A stretch of 64,000 nt of DNA from an uncultured Gemmatimonadales bacterium (GTDB lineage Bacteria; Gemmatimonadota; Gemmatimonadetes; Gemmatimonadales; GWC2-71-9), in NCBI GenBank assembly GCA_963825055.1, contig CAWGSK010000013.1:263172-327171 (forward strand). Reading direction: 5' to 3'. Shown in pieces: positions 20,931 to 31,086 of this stretch. Every line of letters begins with the position of its first letter. The first letter of the stretch is position 1. The notes beneath the pieces were generated by a model that made no database searches, had not been told where the DNA came from, and saw only the letters and a program-made list of their open reading frames with translations. Made by a program: the position numbers and the translations under genes.

Positions 20931-21379
20931 GCGTTCACCTTCCGGGGTGCGATCTCGTACGGGGTCGGCTGCTGCGCCTCATGCGGGTGCTGCGCGCCGG
21001 CGTAGACCTTGAGCTTGCCGCGCAGGTGCTGCCGCGCCAGGGACGTCTTGGGGAGCATGCCGAACACGGCGCGGCGGATCACCCGGTCCGGGTGCTTCTC
21101 GAAGACCTCGCGGATCGGCACATGCTTCTCATGGCCCATGTAGCCGGTGTGCTTGAAGTGGGTCTTCTGCTCCATCTTCCGGCCGGTCAGCTTCACCTGT
21201 TCCGCGTTGATCACCACCACGAAGTCGCCCCCGTCCATATGGGGCGTAAAGGTCGGCTTGTGCTTGCCGCGAATGAGCTGCGCGACGACGCTCGCCAGAC
21301 GGCCGAGCGGGACGCCCGCGGCGTCCACGACATGCCAGTCGTGCGAAATGTCAGCCGGCTTGGCGGAATAGGTCTTCAT
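20927..21379 (-). CDS. rplM: 50S ribosomal protein L13
   Basis: WHVVDA..LGRLAS..RGKHKPTFTPH..GMLPK. Confidence 0.98.
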   Translation of the reverse strand: MKTYSAKPADISHDWHVVDAAGVPLGRLASVVAQLIRGKHKPTFTPHMDGGDFVVVINAEQVKLTGRKMEQKTHFKHTGYMGHEKHVPIREVFEKHPDRVIRRAVFGMLPKTSLARQHLRGKLKVYAGAQHPHEAQQPTPYEIAPRKVNA

Positions 21380-21480
21380 TGCTGCACGTCGCCCTGGGTT
21401 GAACTTGGGACTCCAAAATGAGTTATGGCACAGACTCGCAAAATAGTCCGAGGCCGAGGGGTGGGTCAAGGGACAGGACG

Positions 21481-21544
21481 GGCGGTCGGGCGGTCGGGCG
21501 GTCAGGCGGTCAGGCGGTCAGGCGGTCAGGCGGGCGGGCGGTCG
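21481..21544. repeat. Octamer tandem repeat (GGCGGTC[A/G]) x8
   Basis: Directly visible; a degenerate cccgata tract at ~21610-21628 abuts the next stop codon. Confidence 0.92.
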
Positions 21545-21628
21545 TCGCCGGAGGCGACGGGATGCCGAGCAGCGGCTTCAGCCGCGTGGACAGAGAGGAA
21601 CGACTCAACCCCGATACCCCATCCCCGA

Positions 21629-22126
21629 CTAACCAAACTCCACCAGCACCGCCCCCTTCTCCACCGCCTGCCCCCCGCGCACCAGGACCCTCGCCACGAT
21701 CCCGTCCGCCGGGCTCCGGAGCTCGTTCTGCATCTTCATCGCCTCCAGGAGCACCAGCGGTTGTCCCGCTTTAACCTGTTGTCCTTCCTTTACTTCGACC
21801 TTCACCACCAGGCCGGGCATCGGGGCCGAGAGCTTCGCGGGACCTTTCGGGCCTTCCACCGCCCCGGTGAGGCTCCGGACATGGCGGGTCCGCTCGTCCA
21901 CTACCTCAACCGGCCAGTGTTCCCCCAGCCGGCCGATCTGCCACGTCCCGCGACCGGTGGACGTCAGGGTCATCGTCACCGAGCGGTCGTCCAGGAGGAG
22001 GTGGCTCAGGGGAGTCCCGGGTACGGCGCCCAGATGGGCGCTCAGCTCCCGGCCATCAACCCGGACCCGGTCGCCCTCCACCTCCACCTCGATCTCCCGC
22101 CCGTTCAGGGTCACGAAATACTTCAC
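21629..22126 (-). CDS. Biotin carboxyl carrier (biotin/lipoyl attachment) protein
   Basis: APMPG..LEAMKMQNE. Confidence 0.92.
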   Translation of the reverse strand: MKYFVTLNGREIEVEVEGDRVRVDGRELSAHLGAVPGTPLSHLLLDDRSVTMTLTSTGRGTWQIGRLGEHWPVEVVDERTRHVRSLTGAVEGPKGPAKLSAPMPGLVVKVEVKEGQQVKAGQPLVLLEAMKMQNELRSPADGIVARVLVRGGQAVEKGAVLVEFG

Positions 22127-23355
22127 ACCGCCTCCAGGGCCGCCACGCTCTCCACGTGGGCGGTATTGGGGAACAGGTCGAAGCTCCGGAGCGCCCTCAA
22201 GGCATACCGGTCGGCGAGCCGGGCCAGGTCCCGGGCAAGGGTCGCCGGATCACAGGAAACGTAGACGACCAGGCGGGCCCCGCTCGCCGCGATCGCCTGG
22301 ATGGCACCCTTCTCCATGCCGGTGCGGGGCGGGTTGGTGATCACCACATCCGGGGGCGAAAGGGTTCCGGCCTCGTCCTCCACCCGCCCGCGCACCAGCC
22401 TCGGCGCCGACGGGAAGGGACCGAGGCCTGCCAGGGTGCGGGAGGCGTGGGCCACGGCGTCCCGGTCCAGTTCCACGCTCTCCACCAGCGCGCCCGCGCG
22501 CGCCAGGAGCGCCGTCGTTTCCCCGATGCCGGCGTAGAGGTCCCAGACCCGCTCCCCGGCAACCGGCCCCGCCGCTTCGAGCGCCGCGCGCCGCACCCGG
22601 TCACCCATGGCGGGATGCACCTGCTCGAACGCAAGCGCGGGAACGCCCTGCGCGGCGGCGGCGAGCGGGACGGCCGCCCCCTTCCCTGCCCTCCACCAGA
22701 GGGTCACACCTTCCGTCGCCATCAGCCGGGCCAGGTCACGTCCTGCCGACCCGGCCTCGCCTCCGGCTTCCACCACCAGGTGCCGTGCCCCGTCCCGGTC
22801 GAGCCGGAGCCGGATGCGGCCCGTCCCGGACGGCAGCAGGTCGCGATGCGGCCGGAGCGCCGTCCAGATCCCGACGACTGCGGGATCGGTGATCGGGCAT
22901 GTTCGCAGTTCGAAGACCTCGTCCGGGCGGTCATACCGGCGGAGGCCGATCGCTCCGCTCGCCCGGTCAACGGCCAGGGCAAGCCTGGTCCGGTATTCCC
23001 ACTCCGCAGGCGACGCCTCGACGACGGGGTTCTCCACGTCAATCCGGCCCACCCGGCGCAGCGTCTCGCCGACCATCGCCGATTTCTCCCGGACCTGCGC
23101 GGGATAGGCGATGTGCTGGAGCTGGCACCCGCCGCACTCGTCTTCCGTGTAATGCGGGCAGGGTGGTTCGCGCCGGTCGGGACCGGGCTCCACCACGCGT
23201 CCCGCCCGCGCCCGGGCGAAGGAGCGCTTGACCTGGACGGCCGTCAGTTCGACGAGGTCGCCGGGAGCGGTACGGGGGACGAAGACGGTGCGGCCGTCGT
23301 CCATCCGGCCCACCCCATCGCCCCCCGACGCGAGCCGGAGGATCCGGACGGTCAA
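22123..23355 (-). CDS. TrmA/RlmD-family RNA (uracil-5)-methyltransferase
   Basis: TRAM-like N-terminus, CPHY..CGGCQLQH, DLYAGIG, NPPRTG, YVSCDPATLARD, FPNTAHVE. Confidence 0.92.
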   Translation of the reverse strand: MTVRILRLASGGDGVGRMDDGRTVFVPRTAPGDLVELTAVQVKRSFARARAGRVVEPGPDRREPPCPHYTEDECGGCQLQHIAYPAQVREKSAMVGETLRRVGRIDVENPVVEASPAEWEYRTRLALAVDRASGAIGLRRYDRPDEVFELRTCPITDPAVVGIWTALRPHRDLLPSGTGRIRLRLDRDGARHLVVEAGGEAGSAGRDLARLMATEGVTLWWRAGKGAAVPLAAAAQGVPALAFEQVHPAMGDRVRRAALEAAGPVAGERVWDLYAGIGETTALLARAGALVESVELDRDAVAHASRTLAGLGPFPSAPRLVRGRVEDEAGTLSPPDVVITNPPRTGMEKGAIQAIAASGARLVVYVSCDPATLARDLARLADRYALRALRSFDLFPNTAHVESVAALEAV

Positions 23356-24854
23356 CGGAGGGCGTCGGCCCGGGCGGCCCGCGCCCAGGCAGAGGCGCTG
23401 TCCGCGCCGGCGTTCACCGCGGGCTGGCGCAGTCGGCGCCGTTCATCCTCGGCCAGTGCGGCGGCGACAGCGAGGGCGAGCTGGTCGTCGGGATCGGGGG
23501 CGGGAGCGAGCAGGTCGGCACGGCGGTCGAGGAACTGGGTGTCGATCTCGCCGCGCTGAAACGCCCCGTCCCGCATCAGGCGCCGATGGAAGCCCTGGCT
23601 GGTCGCCACGCCACTGATGATGAGCTCGTCGAGCGCGCGGCGCATCCGGGCCACGGCGGCGGCGCGATCCGGCGCCCAGACGACGAGCTTGGCGAGGAGC
23701 GAGTCGTAGTAGAGTGTCACGTCGTTGCCCGTCTCGATCCCGCCGTCCCAGCGTACGCCCGGGCCGGCCGGCGGCCGCAGGTAGGTGACCCGTCCAGTGG
23801 TGGGGAGGAACCCGCCGGCGGGGTCCTCGCTGGTCAGGCGGCACTCGATGGACCAGCCGGCCGGCTCCCGCTCGCCTGCCGGCACCGTCATCGGCAGGCC
23901 CGCGGCGATCCTGAGCTGCTCGCGCACCAGGTCCACGCCGTACACCATCTCGGTGACCGGGTGCTCGACCTGGATCCGCGTGTTCATCTCGAGGAAGTAG
24001 AAGCTGCCGTCGTCACCGAGGAGGAACTCGCAGGTCCCCGCCCCGCGGTAGCCGACCGCCTGCGCAGCCGCGACGGCCGCCTCACCCATCCGCCGGCGAA
24101 GTTCCGGCGTGACGGCCGGCGACGGAGCTTCCTCAACCAGCTTCTGGTGGCGGCGCTGCACCGAGCACTCCCGCTCCCCCAGGTGCACCACGCGCTCATG
24201 GTCCGCCAGCACCTGGATTTCCACGTGCCGGGGCCGCTCGATGTACTTCTCGACGTAGACGCTGCCGTCACCGAACGCCTTGAGCGCTTCGGACGATGCC
24301 GCTTCGAGGGCCCGGGCGAGTTCCCCCGGCTCGTGGACCAGGCGCATCCCCTTGCCGCCGCCACCGGCGGACGCCTTCACCACCACCGGAAACCCGATAT
24401 CCCGCGCGATCCCCTCGACCGACTCCGCTCCCGCCGCTGCCACCGTCGTCCCGGGCACGATCGGCACGCCCGCCTCGTCCATCCGGCGCCGCGCTTCCGT
24501 CTTGTCACCCATCGCCCGGATGGCGGCGGCAGGCGGACCGACAAACGTGAGTCCGGCCTCCGTCACCGCGTCGGCAAACTCCGCGCGCTCGGCCAGGAAG
24601 CCGTAGCCCGGATGCACCGCCTCCGCGCCGGCGTGGCGCGCCGCGTCGATCAGGCGGTCGATCCGCAGGTAACTCTCGGCGGCGGGAGCGGGGCCGAGGG
24701 CAATGGCCAGGTCGGCGGCTTTCACGTGGGGACTGGTGCGGTCCGCCTCGGAATAGACCGCGACGGCCTCGAGGCCCTCCTCGTGACAGGCCCGGATGAT
24801 GCGAAGGGCGATTTCCCCGCGATTGGCGATCAGGACGCGCTTCAGTGTCCGCAT
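23352..24854 (-). CDS. accC: Biotin carboxylase subunit of an acyl-CoA carboxylase
   Basis: VLIANRGEIA, HPGYGFLAE, GGGGKGMR, ERECSVQRRHQK, EMNTRIQVEHPVTE. Confidence 0.93.
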   Translation of the reverse strand: MRTLKRVLIANRGEIALRIIRACHEEGLEAVAVYSEADRTSPHVKAADLAIALGPAPAAESYLRIDRLIDAARHAGAEAVHPGYGFLAERAEFADAVTEAGLTFVGPPAAAIRAMGDKTEARRRMDEAGVPIVPGTTVAAAGAESVEGIARDIGFPVVVKASAGGGGKGMRLVHEPGELARALEAASSEALKAFGDGSVYVEKYIERPRHVEIQVLADHERVVHLGERECSVQRRHQKLVEEAPSPAVTPELRRRMGEAAVAAAQAVGYRGAGTCEFLLGDDGSFYFLEMNTRIQVEHPVTEMVYGVDLVREQLRIAAGLPMTVPAGEREPAGWSIECRLTSEDPAGGFLPTTGRVTYLRPPAGPGVRWDGGIETGNDVTLYYDSLLAKLVVWAPDRAAAVARMRRALDELIISGVATSQGFHRRLMRDGAFQRGEIDTQFLDRRADLLAPAPDPDDQLALAVAAALAEDERRRLRQPAVNAGADSASAWARAARADALR

Positions 24855-25870
24855 GCTCCCAGCGGAGCGGGCCATGAAGCGTCGATGGGTCGGTCGCGCA
24901 GCGGACGGAGGATCCCGCTGCAGAGGAGGGTGTTGTAGCGCGCGGCCGCGGCGTAGACGGCGAGCACGTGGCCCGACCAGGCGTTGCCACCGTCGCGCTG
25001 CGCGGCCAGCAGCGTGGTCACACTGAGTGGCTCGTCGGTCGCGGTGGCGGCGGTGGCGAGGTTCACCCGCACCAGACGCATCGGGGCGAACACGTCGAAC
25101 GGCACGGCGGCCGTGTCGGCGTAGGGCGAGAGGCAGATCGGCCGGTGGCCGGCCACGCCGGTGAGGGCCTGCCGCACCGGCAATGACGCGTTCACGCCGA
25201 GGCTGCGCGCCATCTGTCCGCGGTAGAGCGAATCGACCGTATAGAGCCGCGGTTCGATCGGGAGCACGTCGCGGCGCTGGCCGGCCTCGAGCGAGGCATA
25301 CCACACTGCGAGCGTCTCCAGGTCACTCCCCGTCAGCAGCACGCCGTCGGCGGGGCAGCTCTGCAGCAGGTTCTCCCCCAGTTCCATGATGAAGGGCGGA
25401 ACCTGCGCGTCGTTCGAACGCATCCGGCGGGCGCGGGCGGAATCCCAACCCGCTTCCTCAACGTCCAGCCGCGCCCGGTCCATTTCCACCATGGCGCGGT
25501 AAACGATGCCCGAGTCCACCAGGAGCCGTCCGGCCTGGTCGAGGGCGATGCTGGCGAAATCGAGATAGTCACGGGCGGTGGGTTCGCCCTGGTGGCCGGC
25601 GAAGTGCCAGTCGCGGGCGTCGAGGAGGTAGAAGCGCCCGAGGTGGAACCAGGCCTGCCCGTCGTCCTGCGCGATCGCGAGATAGCGTCCGAGGAGTTCC
25701 GTGGCCATCCGCCGGTCGCCCTGCCGCTCGAGCTGGGCCGCACGGGGGGCGACGCTCGGATCCAGGGACCCCTGGGCCAGAAGCGGCACCACGCTCCCCA
25801 TCGTCATGGCGAGGAGGAGGAGCGCTCCGAGCGGGAGCCTCGGATGGCCTAAGTCCTTGCGAGGACTCAT
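24842..25870 (-). CDS. Hypothetical exported protein with TPR-like N-terminus
   Basis: Signal-peptide-like segment, AWFHLGRFY helix; overlaps the accC start; start codon uncertain. Confidence 0.65.
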   Translation of the reverse strand: MSPRKDLGHPRLPLGALLLLAMTMGSVVPLLAQGSLDPSVAPRAAQLERQGDRRMATELLGRYLAIAQDDGQAWFHLGRFYLLDARDWHFAGHQGEPTARDYLDFASIALDQAGRLLVDSGIVYRAMVEMDRARLDVEEAGWDSARARRMRSNDAQVPPFIMELGENLLQSCPADGVLLTGSDLETLAVWYASLEAGQRRDVLPIEPRLYTVDSLYRGQMARSLGVNASLPVRQALTGVAGHRPICLSPYADTAAVPFDVFAPMRLVRVNLATAATATDEPLSVTTLLAAQRDGGNAWSGHVLAVYAAAARYNTLLCSGILRPLRDRPIDASWPAPLGACGH

Positions 25871-25927
25871 GAAAGCAGGATCGTGCACGGGTAAAAGATG
25901 GGGTCGGGGATGGAAATAGGCAATAAG

Positions 25928-26059
25928 CAGTGATTAGTGACTGGTGAGTAGTGATTAGTGTCTCAGGGCTGGTGCCGTCTTCTTCCCGGGCTTCGTTCTT
26001 TTCGGTCACGCCCCCGTGCCAGTCACCCACTAGTCACTAGTCACCAGTCACTAGTCACT
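25928..26059. repeat. Inverted heptamer arms (TAGTGAC / GTCACTA family)
   Basis: cagtgat tagtgac tggtgag tagtgat tagtgtc at 25928-25962 versus cactagtcactagtcaccagtcactagtcact at 26028-26059. Confidence 0.9.
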
Positions 26060-27612
26060 CACAACGGCATGCACCCGTGCTTCTTCGGCGGGTTGCGGTC
26101 CCGCTTGGTCACCAGGGTGGCCAGCGCGTCGATCAGTCGAGGCCGGGTGTCCCGCGGGTCGATCACGTCGTCCACGAAGCCGCGCTCGGCGGCCGCGTAC
26201 GGATGGGCGAAGAGGCGGGTGTACTCCGCGATGCGTCGCTCGGTCTCTTCCTCCCGGTTCGTCGCCTGTTCGATCTCCTTCTTGAACAGGATTTCCACCG
26301 CGCCTTTCGGGCCCATGACTGCGATCTCCGCCGAGGGCCAGGCCAGGTTCAGGTCGCCCCGGATGTGCTTGCTGCTCATCACGTCGTAGGCGCCGCCGTA
26401 GGCCTTCCGCGTGATCACCGTCAGCTTCGGCACGGTGGCTTCGCAGTAGGCATAGAGCAGCTTGGCTCCGTGCCGGATAATGCCCCCGTGCTCCTGGGCC
26501 ACCCCCGGCAGGAAGCCGGGCACGTCCACAAAGGTGACGAGCGGGACGTTGAAGGCATCACAGAACCGGATGAAACGAGCGGCCTTGGTGGAGGCGTTGA
26601 TGTCCAGCACCCCCGCCAGGACCGCCGGCTGGTTGGCGATCACGCCGACGGGACGGCCGGCGAGCCGGGCGAAGCCGGTCAGGATGTTCCCGGCGAAGTC
26701 GCGGTGCACCTCGACGAACTCACGATCGTCGACCACGGGGCGGATCACGTCAAGCATGTCGTAGGGAGTGGAGGGAGCCGCGGGGATCACGTCCAGCAGC
26801 GCCTCGTCCCGCCGGTCCACCGGATCGGTCCCTTCCAGGACCGGCGCCTCGTCCAGGTTGTTGGAGGGCAGGAAGCTGAGCAGGGTCCGGATGGCCGCGA
26901 GGCACTCGGGCTCCGAGTCGTGCACGAAGTGGGCAACGCCACTCGTGCCACCGTGGATGTCGGCGCCCCCCAGGTCGTCAAAGGTCACTTCCTCGTGCGT
27001 CACCGTCTTCACGACGTTGGGGCCGGTGACGAACATGTAGCTCACCCCGCGGACCATGAAGACGAAGTCGGTGATTGCCGGACTGTACACCGCCCCGCCC
27101 GCACAGGGGCCGAGGACCGCGCTGATCTGCGGGACCACGCCGCTGGCCAGGGTGTTCCGGAGAAAGATGTCGGCGTACCCGCCGAGCGAGGCCACGCCCT
27201 CCTGGATCCGGGCGCCGCCGGAATCGTTGAGGCCGATCAGCGGCGCGCCGTTCCGCACGGCCAGGTCCATGACCTTGCAGATCTTCTCCGCGTGGGTTTC
27301 GGAGAGCGAGCCACCGAAGACGGTGAAGTCCTGGCTGAAGACGTACACCGGCCGGCCGTCCACGCGGCCGTAGCCGGTGACGACGCCGTCGCCGGGATAC
27401 TGCTCCTCCGCGAGCCCGAAGTCCGTCGCGCGGTGGACGACGTAGCGGTCCAGCTCCACGAACGACCCGTCGTCGAGCAGGAGGTCCAGCCGCTCACGCG
27501 CGGTGAGCTTGCCCTTCTTGTGCTGCTGGATGATCCGGTGCTCCCCGCCCCCGGTCTCGGCCGAGGCCTGGCGGCGGTGCAGTTCATCGAGGGCGGTGCG
27601 GGGGTCTGGCAT
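26059..27612 (-). CDS. pccB: Acyl-CoA (propionyl/methylmalonyl-CoA) carboxyltransferase beta subunit
   Basis: [46 protein letters not shown]. Confidence 0.9.
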   Translation of the reverse strand: MPDPRTALDELHRRQASAETGGGEHRIIQQHKKGKLTARERLDLLLDDGSFVELDRYVVHRATDFGLAEEQYPGDGVVTGYGRVDGRPVYVFSQDFTVFGGSLSETHAEKICKVMDLAVRNGAPLIGLNDSGGARIQEGVASLGGYADIFLRNTLASGVVPQISAVLGPCAGGAVYSPAITDFVFMVRGVSYMFVTGPNVVKTVTHEEVTFDDLGGADIHGGTSGVAHFVHDSEPECLAAIRTLLSFLPSNNLDEAPVLEGTDPVDRRDEALLDVIPAAPSTPYDMLDVIRPVVDDREFVEVHRDFAGNILTGFARLAGRPVGVIANQPAVLAGVLDINASTKAARFIRFCDAFNVPLVTFVDVPGFLPGVAQEHGGIIRHGAKLLYAYCEATVPKLTVITRKAYGGAYDVMSSKHIRGDLNLAWPSAEIAVMGPKGAVEILFKKEIEQATNREEETERRIAEYTRLFAHPYAAAERGFVDDVIDPRDTRPRLIDALATLVTKRDRNPPKKHGCMPL

Positions 27613-27669
27613 AGGACGGGCAATATAAGTCGCCACGGGTAAATGCGCGGACAGGCAGCCTCCGCCACG

Positions 27670-28218
27670 GCCTCACCACAAAGGGCACAGAGAACACGAA
27701 GTGATTGTGGTACGCGCCGCGGCAGCAGGGTGTCCGCCGGCTGTCGCCCTGGCTGTACGGTTAGCTGATGAGAACGCAGGAAGGGTCCGCCAATTCCGAT
27801 AACCTGTCGCGCGCCGATCGATACTCGTCCATCATCATCGGAGCCGCTATTCGGGTCCATCGGCAACTGGGGCCGGGCCTTCTGGAGTCGGCTTACGAAA
27901 CCTGCCTGTGCCATGAGCTGTCTCGACAGGACCTCCCGTTCAGGCGCCAGGTCGGCATGAGAATGGAGTACGCGGGAGAGCAGGTCGATTGTGCCTTCCG
28001 GGCGGACATTATTGTCGACAACCTTGTCCTGCTTGAGATCAAATCCGTGGAGAAGCTCCTTCCGGTCCATTTGGCCCAGGTCCTGACCTACCTCCGGATT
28101 GCCGGGCTACCTCTTGGTCTCCTGCTGAACTTCAACGCCGTGACGATGACACGGGGCATCCGCCGGCTGGTGAACACATAAATCACCTTCGTGTCTTTCG
28201 TGCCCTCCGTGGTGAGGC
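27670..28218 (+). mobile_element. Candidate element: GxxExxY gene enclosed by ~37-bp terminal inverted repeats
   Basis: Left 27670-27706 gcctcaccacaaagggcacagagaacacgaagtgatt; right 28181-28218 aatcaccttcgtgtctttcgtgccctccgtggtgaggc; mobility is inferred. Confidence 0.6.
27768..28181 (+). CDS. GxxExxY protein (PD-(D/E)xK nuclease-like)
   Basis: VHRQLGPGLLESAYETCL, FRADIIVDNLVLLEIKS, HLAQVLTYL..GLLLNF. Confidence 0.93.
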   Translation: MRTQEGSANSDNLSRADRYSSIIIGAAIRVHRQLGPGLLESAYETCLCHELSRQDLPFRRQVGMRMEYAGEQVDCAFRADIIVDNLVLLEIKSVEKLLPVHLAQVLTYLRIAGLPLGLLLNFNAVTMTRGIRRLVNT

Positions 28219-28269
28219 TGTTATGCCCGGAAACGAAGACCCCCGCTCTCCGCCTGACTACGGAACCGT

Positions 28270-28296
28270 CTCCGCGTCCTCTGCGCCTCTGCGGTT
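28270..28296. repeat. Solo 8-9-nt unit repeat (CTCTGCG-type)
   Basis: ctccgcgtc ctctgcgc ctctgcggtt. Confidence 0.6.
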
Positions 28297-28320
28297 TTCA
28301 GTGTTGGATGCCCAACGCGA

Positions 28321-28355
28321 GAACCCCCGCCACCCATGACGGATGGCGGGGGTTC
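28321..28355 (-). terminator. Stem-loop downstream of rpsA
   Basis: 12-bp stem gaacccccgcca/tggcgggggttc. Confidence 0.7.
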
Positions 28356-28376
28356 GTTTGCCGGCCTGCGACGGAC

Positions 28377-30167
28377 TCAGCCTTCGGCAGGCGCTTCCTC
28401 GGTGGACGCTTCCGCGTCCGCCGGCTCGTCTGCCCGGGGCTCGTCGGAGCCGGACTCGTCGTCCTCGCCCTCGGAATCCTCGACCGGGAGGTGTGCCTTC
28501 GGCACGTAGTCCGCCGGCATCTCGCCGATGGAGAGCACCGCCAGCACGATCCGGTGGTGGATCGGGTCCACCTCGAGCACCTTGAGCTCCACGGGCTGGC
28601 CTTCCTGCACCGCGTCGCCCGGGTTCTGCAGGTCCGGCACGCCGAGCTGGGACATCGGCACGAAGCCCTCGATGTCGTTCCCGAGGTCCACCACCACGCC
28701 CTTGTCCATCAGGCGGGTGACGGTGCCCGACAGCTCGGTGTCGACCGGATAGTTCTCGCCGATCTTGAGCCACGGGTCCTCCTCCGCCTGCTTGAGGCCG
28801 AGGCTGATCCGCTTGGCATCGGGATCGATGTTCAGGATGACCACGTTGACCGTGTCGCCCTTCTTGACCACCTCGCTCGGATGCTGGATCCGCTTGGTCC
28901 AGGACATGTCCGAGATGTGGATCAGGCCGTCGATGCCCGGCTCGATCTCCACGAAGGCGCCGAAGCTGGTCAGGTTGCGAACCTTGCCCGTGATCGTGCT
29001 GCTCACCGGATACTTGAGCGGCAGGGTGACCCACGGATCGGCCTCGGTCTGCTTCATGCCGAGGCTGATCTTCTCCTCGCCCTCGTCCACCTTGAGCACC
29101 ACGGCCTCGATGGTCTCGCCGATGCTCACCACCTTCGACGGGTGGCGGACGTTGCGGGTCCAGCTCATCTCGGAGATGTGGACGAGGCCCTCGATGCCCG
29201 GCTCCAGCTCCACGAAAGCGCCGTAGTTGGTGATCGAGACGACTTTGCCCTGCACCCGCGTCCCGACCGGGTACTTCTCGGCGACGTTCTGCCACGGGTA
29301 CTCCTGCAGCTGCTTCATGCCGAGGCTGATGCGCTCGCGCTCCCAGTCGATATCGAGGACCTTCACCTCGACCTCGTCACCGATCTTGACCACCTCGGAC
29401 GGGTGCGATACCCGGCCATAGGACATGTCGGTGATGTGGAGCAGGCCGTCCACGCCGCCCAGGTCAATGAAGGCGCCGAAGTCCGTGATGTTCTTGACCA
29501 CGCCCTTCCGCACCTGGCCGACCTCGAGCTCCTTCATCAGGTACTCGCGCTTGTGCGCGCGCTCGTGCTCCAGGATCACCCGGCGGCTCACCACGATGTT
29601 CCGCCGGCGCTTGTTGAGCTTGATGATCTTGAAGTGGTAGGTCTCGCCCAGGAGTTCGTCGATGTTCGGCACCCGGCGCAGCGCGATCTGGCTGCCCGGG
29701 AGGAACGCGTCGACCCCCATCAGGTTCACCACCACGCCGCCCTTGATCTTCTTGACCAGGGTGCCCTCGACCGGCTCGTCATTCTCATGCGCCTGGCGGA
29801 TCTTCTCCCAGACACGCATGAAGTCGGCCTTCTTCTTGGACAGGACGACCGCACCCTCGTTGTCCTCGAGGTGCTCGAGGAAGACTTCGATCTCGTCGCC
29901 TTCCTTGAGTTCCGACGGGTCGGTGAACTCGTCCAGCGGCACCGCCCCCTCGGACTTGAAACCCACGTCCAGGATGACGGCATTCTCCGTCACGCGGAGC
30001 ACGCGTGACTTGACGATCTCCCCCTCGGCGATGGACGCCATGGTCTCTTCATAGAGGGAGAGAAGCTGTTCGTACTCCTCCGCGGAATAATCCTCGTCCA
30101 CCAGGTCGGGGCGGACGCGGAGGCCGGTCGGGGAGGTGATCTTTTCGTAGGAGGCGTTTTCGAGCAT
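28377..30167 (-). CDS. rpsA: 30S ribosomal protein S1
   Basis: Repeated S1 domains (FGAFIDLGGVDGLLHITDMS, GLVHISEMSW). Confidence 0.97.
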   Translation of the reverse strand: MLENASYEKITSPTGLRVRPDLVDEDYSAEEYEQLLSLYEETMASIAEGEIVKSRVLRVTENAVILDVGFKSEGAVPLDEFTDPSELKEGDEIEVFLEHLEDNEGAVVLSKKKADFMRVWEKIRQAHENDEPVEGTLVKKIKGGVVVNLMGVDAFLPGSQIALRRVPNIDELLGETYHFKIIKLNKRRRNIVVSRRVILEHERAHKREYLMKELEVGQVRKGVVKNITDFGAFIDLGGVDGLLHITDMSYGRVSHPSEVVKIGDEVEVKVLDIDWERERISLGMKQLQEYPWQNVAEKYPVGTRVQGKVVSITNYGAFVELEPGIEGLVHISEMSWTRNVRHPSKVVSIGETIEAVVLKVDEGEEKISLGMKQTEADPWVTLPLKYPVSSTITGKVRNLTSFGAFVEIEPGIDGLIHISDMSWTKRIQHPSEVVKKGDTVNVVILNIDPDAKRISLGLKQAEEDPWLKIGENYPVDTELSGTVTRLMDKGVVVDLGNDIEGFVPMSQLGVPDLQNPGDAVQEGQPVELKVLEVDPIHHRIVLAVLSIGEMPADYVPKAHLPVEDSEGEDDESGSDEPRADEPADAEASTEEAPAEG

Positions 30168-30304
30168 GCGCGGGGGGAATCCTCTGGTATCGACCGCGCC
30201 AATGCTCCGGAGCGGGCTGGGGTCAGGCCTGCCGTCCGGCCGGGTGCCGGGGGCAAGCAATGGAAGTTAGCTGGCGGTGGGGTGTGGTTCAAGGGGGAGG
30301 CGGG

Positions 30305-30395
30305 AGGCAATAGGGAGAAGGAGCAGGCAGCAGGGAGAGGCAGCAGGTGACGGCGCCTAGTGCCTACTCCCTACTCCCTACTCCCCATTCCCCGT
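30305..30395. repeat. Heptamer repeats (tccctac) overlapping the cmk stop, with degenerate inverted arm
   Basis: tgcctac tccctac tccctac tccccat at 30361-30388; agggag/aggcagc tract at 30305-30347. Confidence 0.75.
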
Positions 30396-31085
30396 CGTCC
30401 CGAACCTCTCCCTGGCCAGCCCCACGATCCGGTCCACCTGCTCCTGGAAGGTCAGGCCCGTGCCGTCCAGCGGGATGGCATCCGGCGCCATTCGGAGGGG
30501 GGCCACCTCCCGCGCGGCATCGGCCCGGTCCCGCGCCTCCAGCCGGTCGGATTCCTCGCGCAGGCGGTCCGGCTCCACCTCGTCCCCCCGCTGGAGGATT
30601 CTTCGCTCCGCCCGGATGGAGGGACTGGCGGTGAGGAACACCTTGAGCCCGGCGGCGGGGAACACCACCGTGCCGATATCGCGGCCGTCCACCACCACGT
30701 CGCTGCCCGCCCGCACCAGGTCCCGGAGCCGTGCGTTGACCCACTCCCGCACCACCGGGACCGCCGCAATCTCCGAGACGCGACTGGTCACGTCCCCGGC
30801 CCGGATCACGTCCTCGACCGGGATACCCTCGAGATAGGTGGCGAACCCCACCCCGTCCGGCTGCAGCATGAGCCCCCGGTCCTCCGCGGCCCGCAGGATC
30901 TCACCGGGCTCCCGGTCCGTGAGCGGGTCACCGACCCCGGCCTCCCGGAGGGCCACCAGTGTCACGCCACGGTAGAGCGCGCCGCTGTCCAGGTGGCTGA
31001 ACCCCAGCGCATGCGCCACGGCGCGGGCCGTGCTGGACTTGCCCGAGGCTGAAGGGCCGTCAATCGCGATCACGCGGCTGGCCAT
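30378..31085 (-). CDS. cmk: Cytidylate kinase
   Basis: IAIDGPSASGKSS, DSGALYR, DGRDIGTVVFP. Confidence 0.96.
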   Translation of the reverse strand: MASRVIAIDGPSASGKSSTARAVAHALGFSHLDSGALYRGVTLVALREAGVGDPLTDREPGEILRAAEDRGLMLQPDGVGFATYLEGIPVEDVIRAGDVTSRVSEIAAVPVVREWVNARLRDLVRAGSDVVVDGRDIGTVVFPAAGLKVFLTASPSIRAERRILQRGDEVEPDRLREESDRLEARDRADAAREVAPLRMAPDAIPLDGTGLTFQEQVDRIVGLARERFGTTGNGE

Positions 31086-31086
31086 G

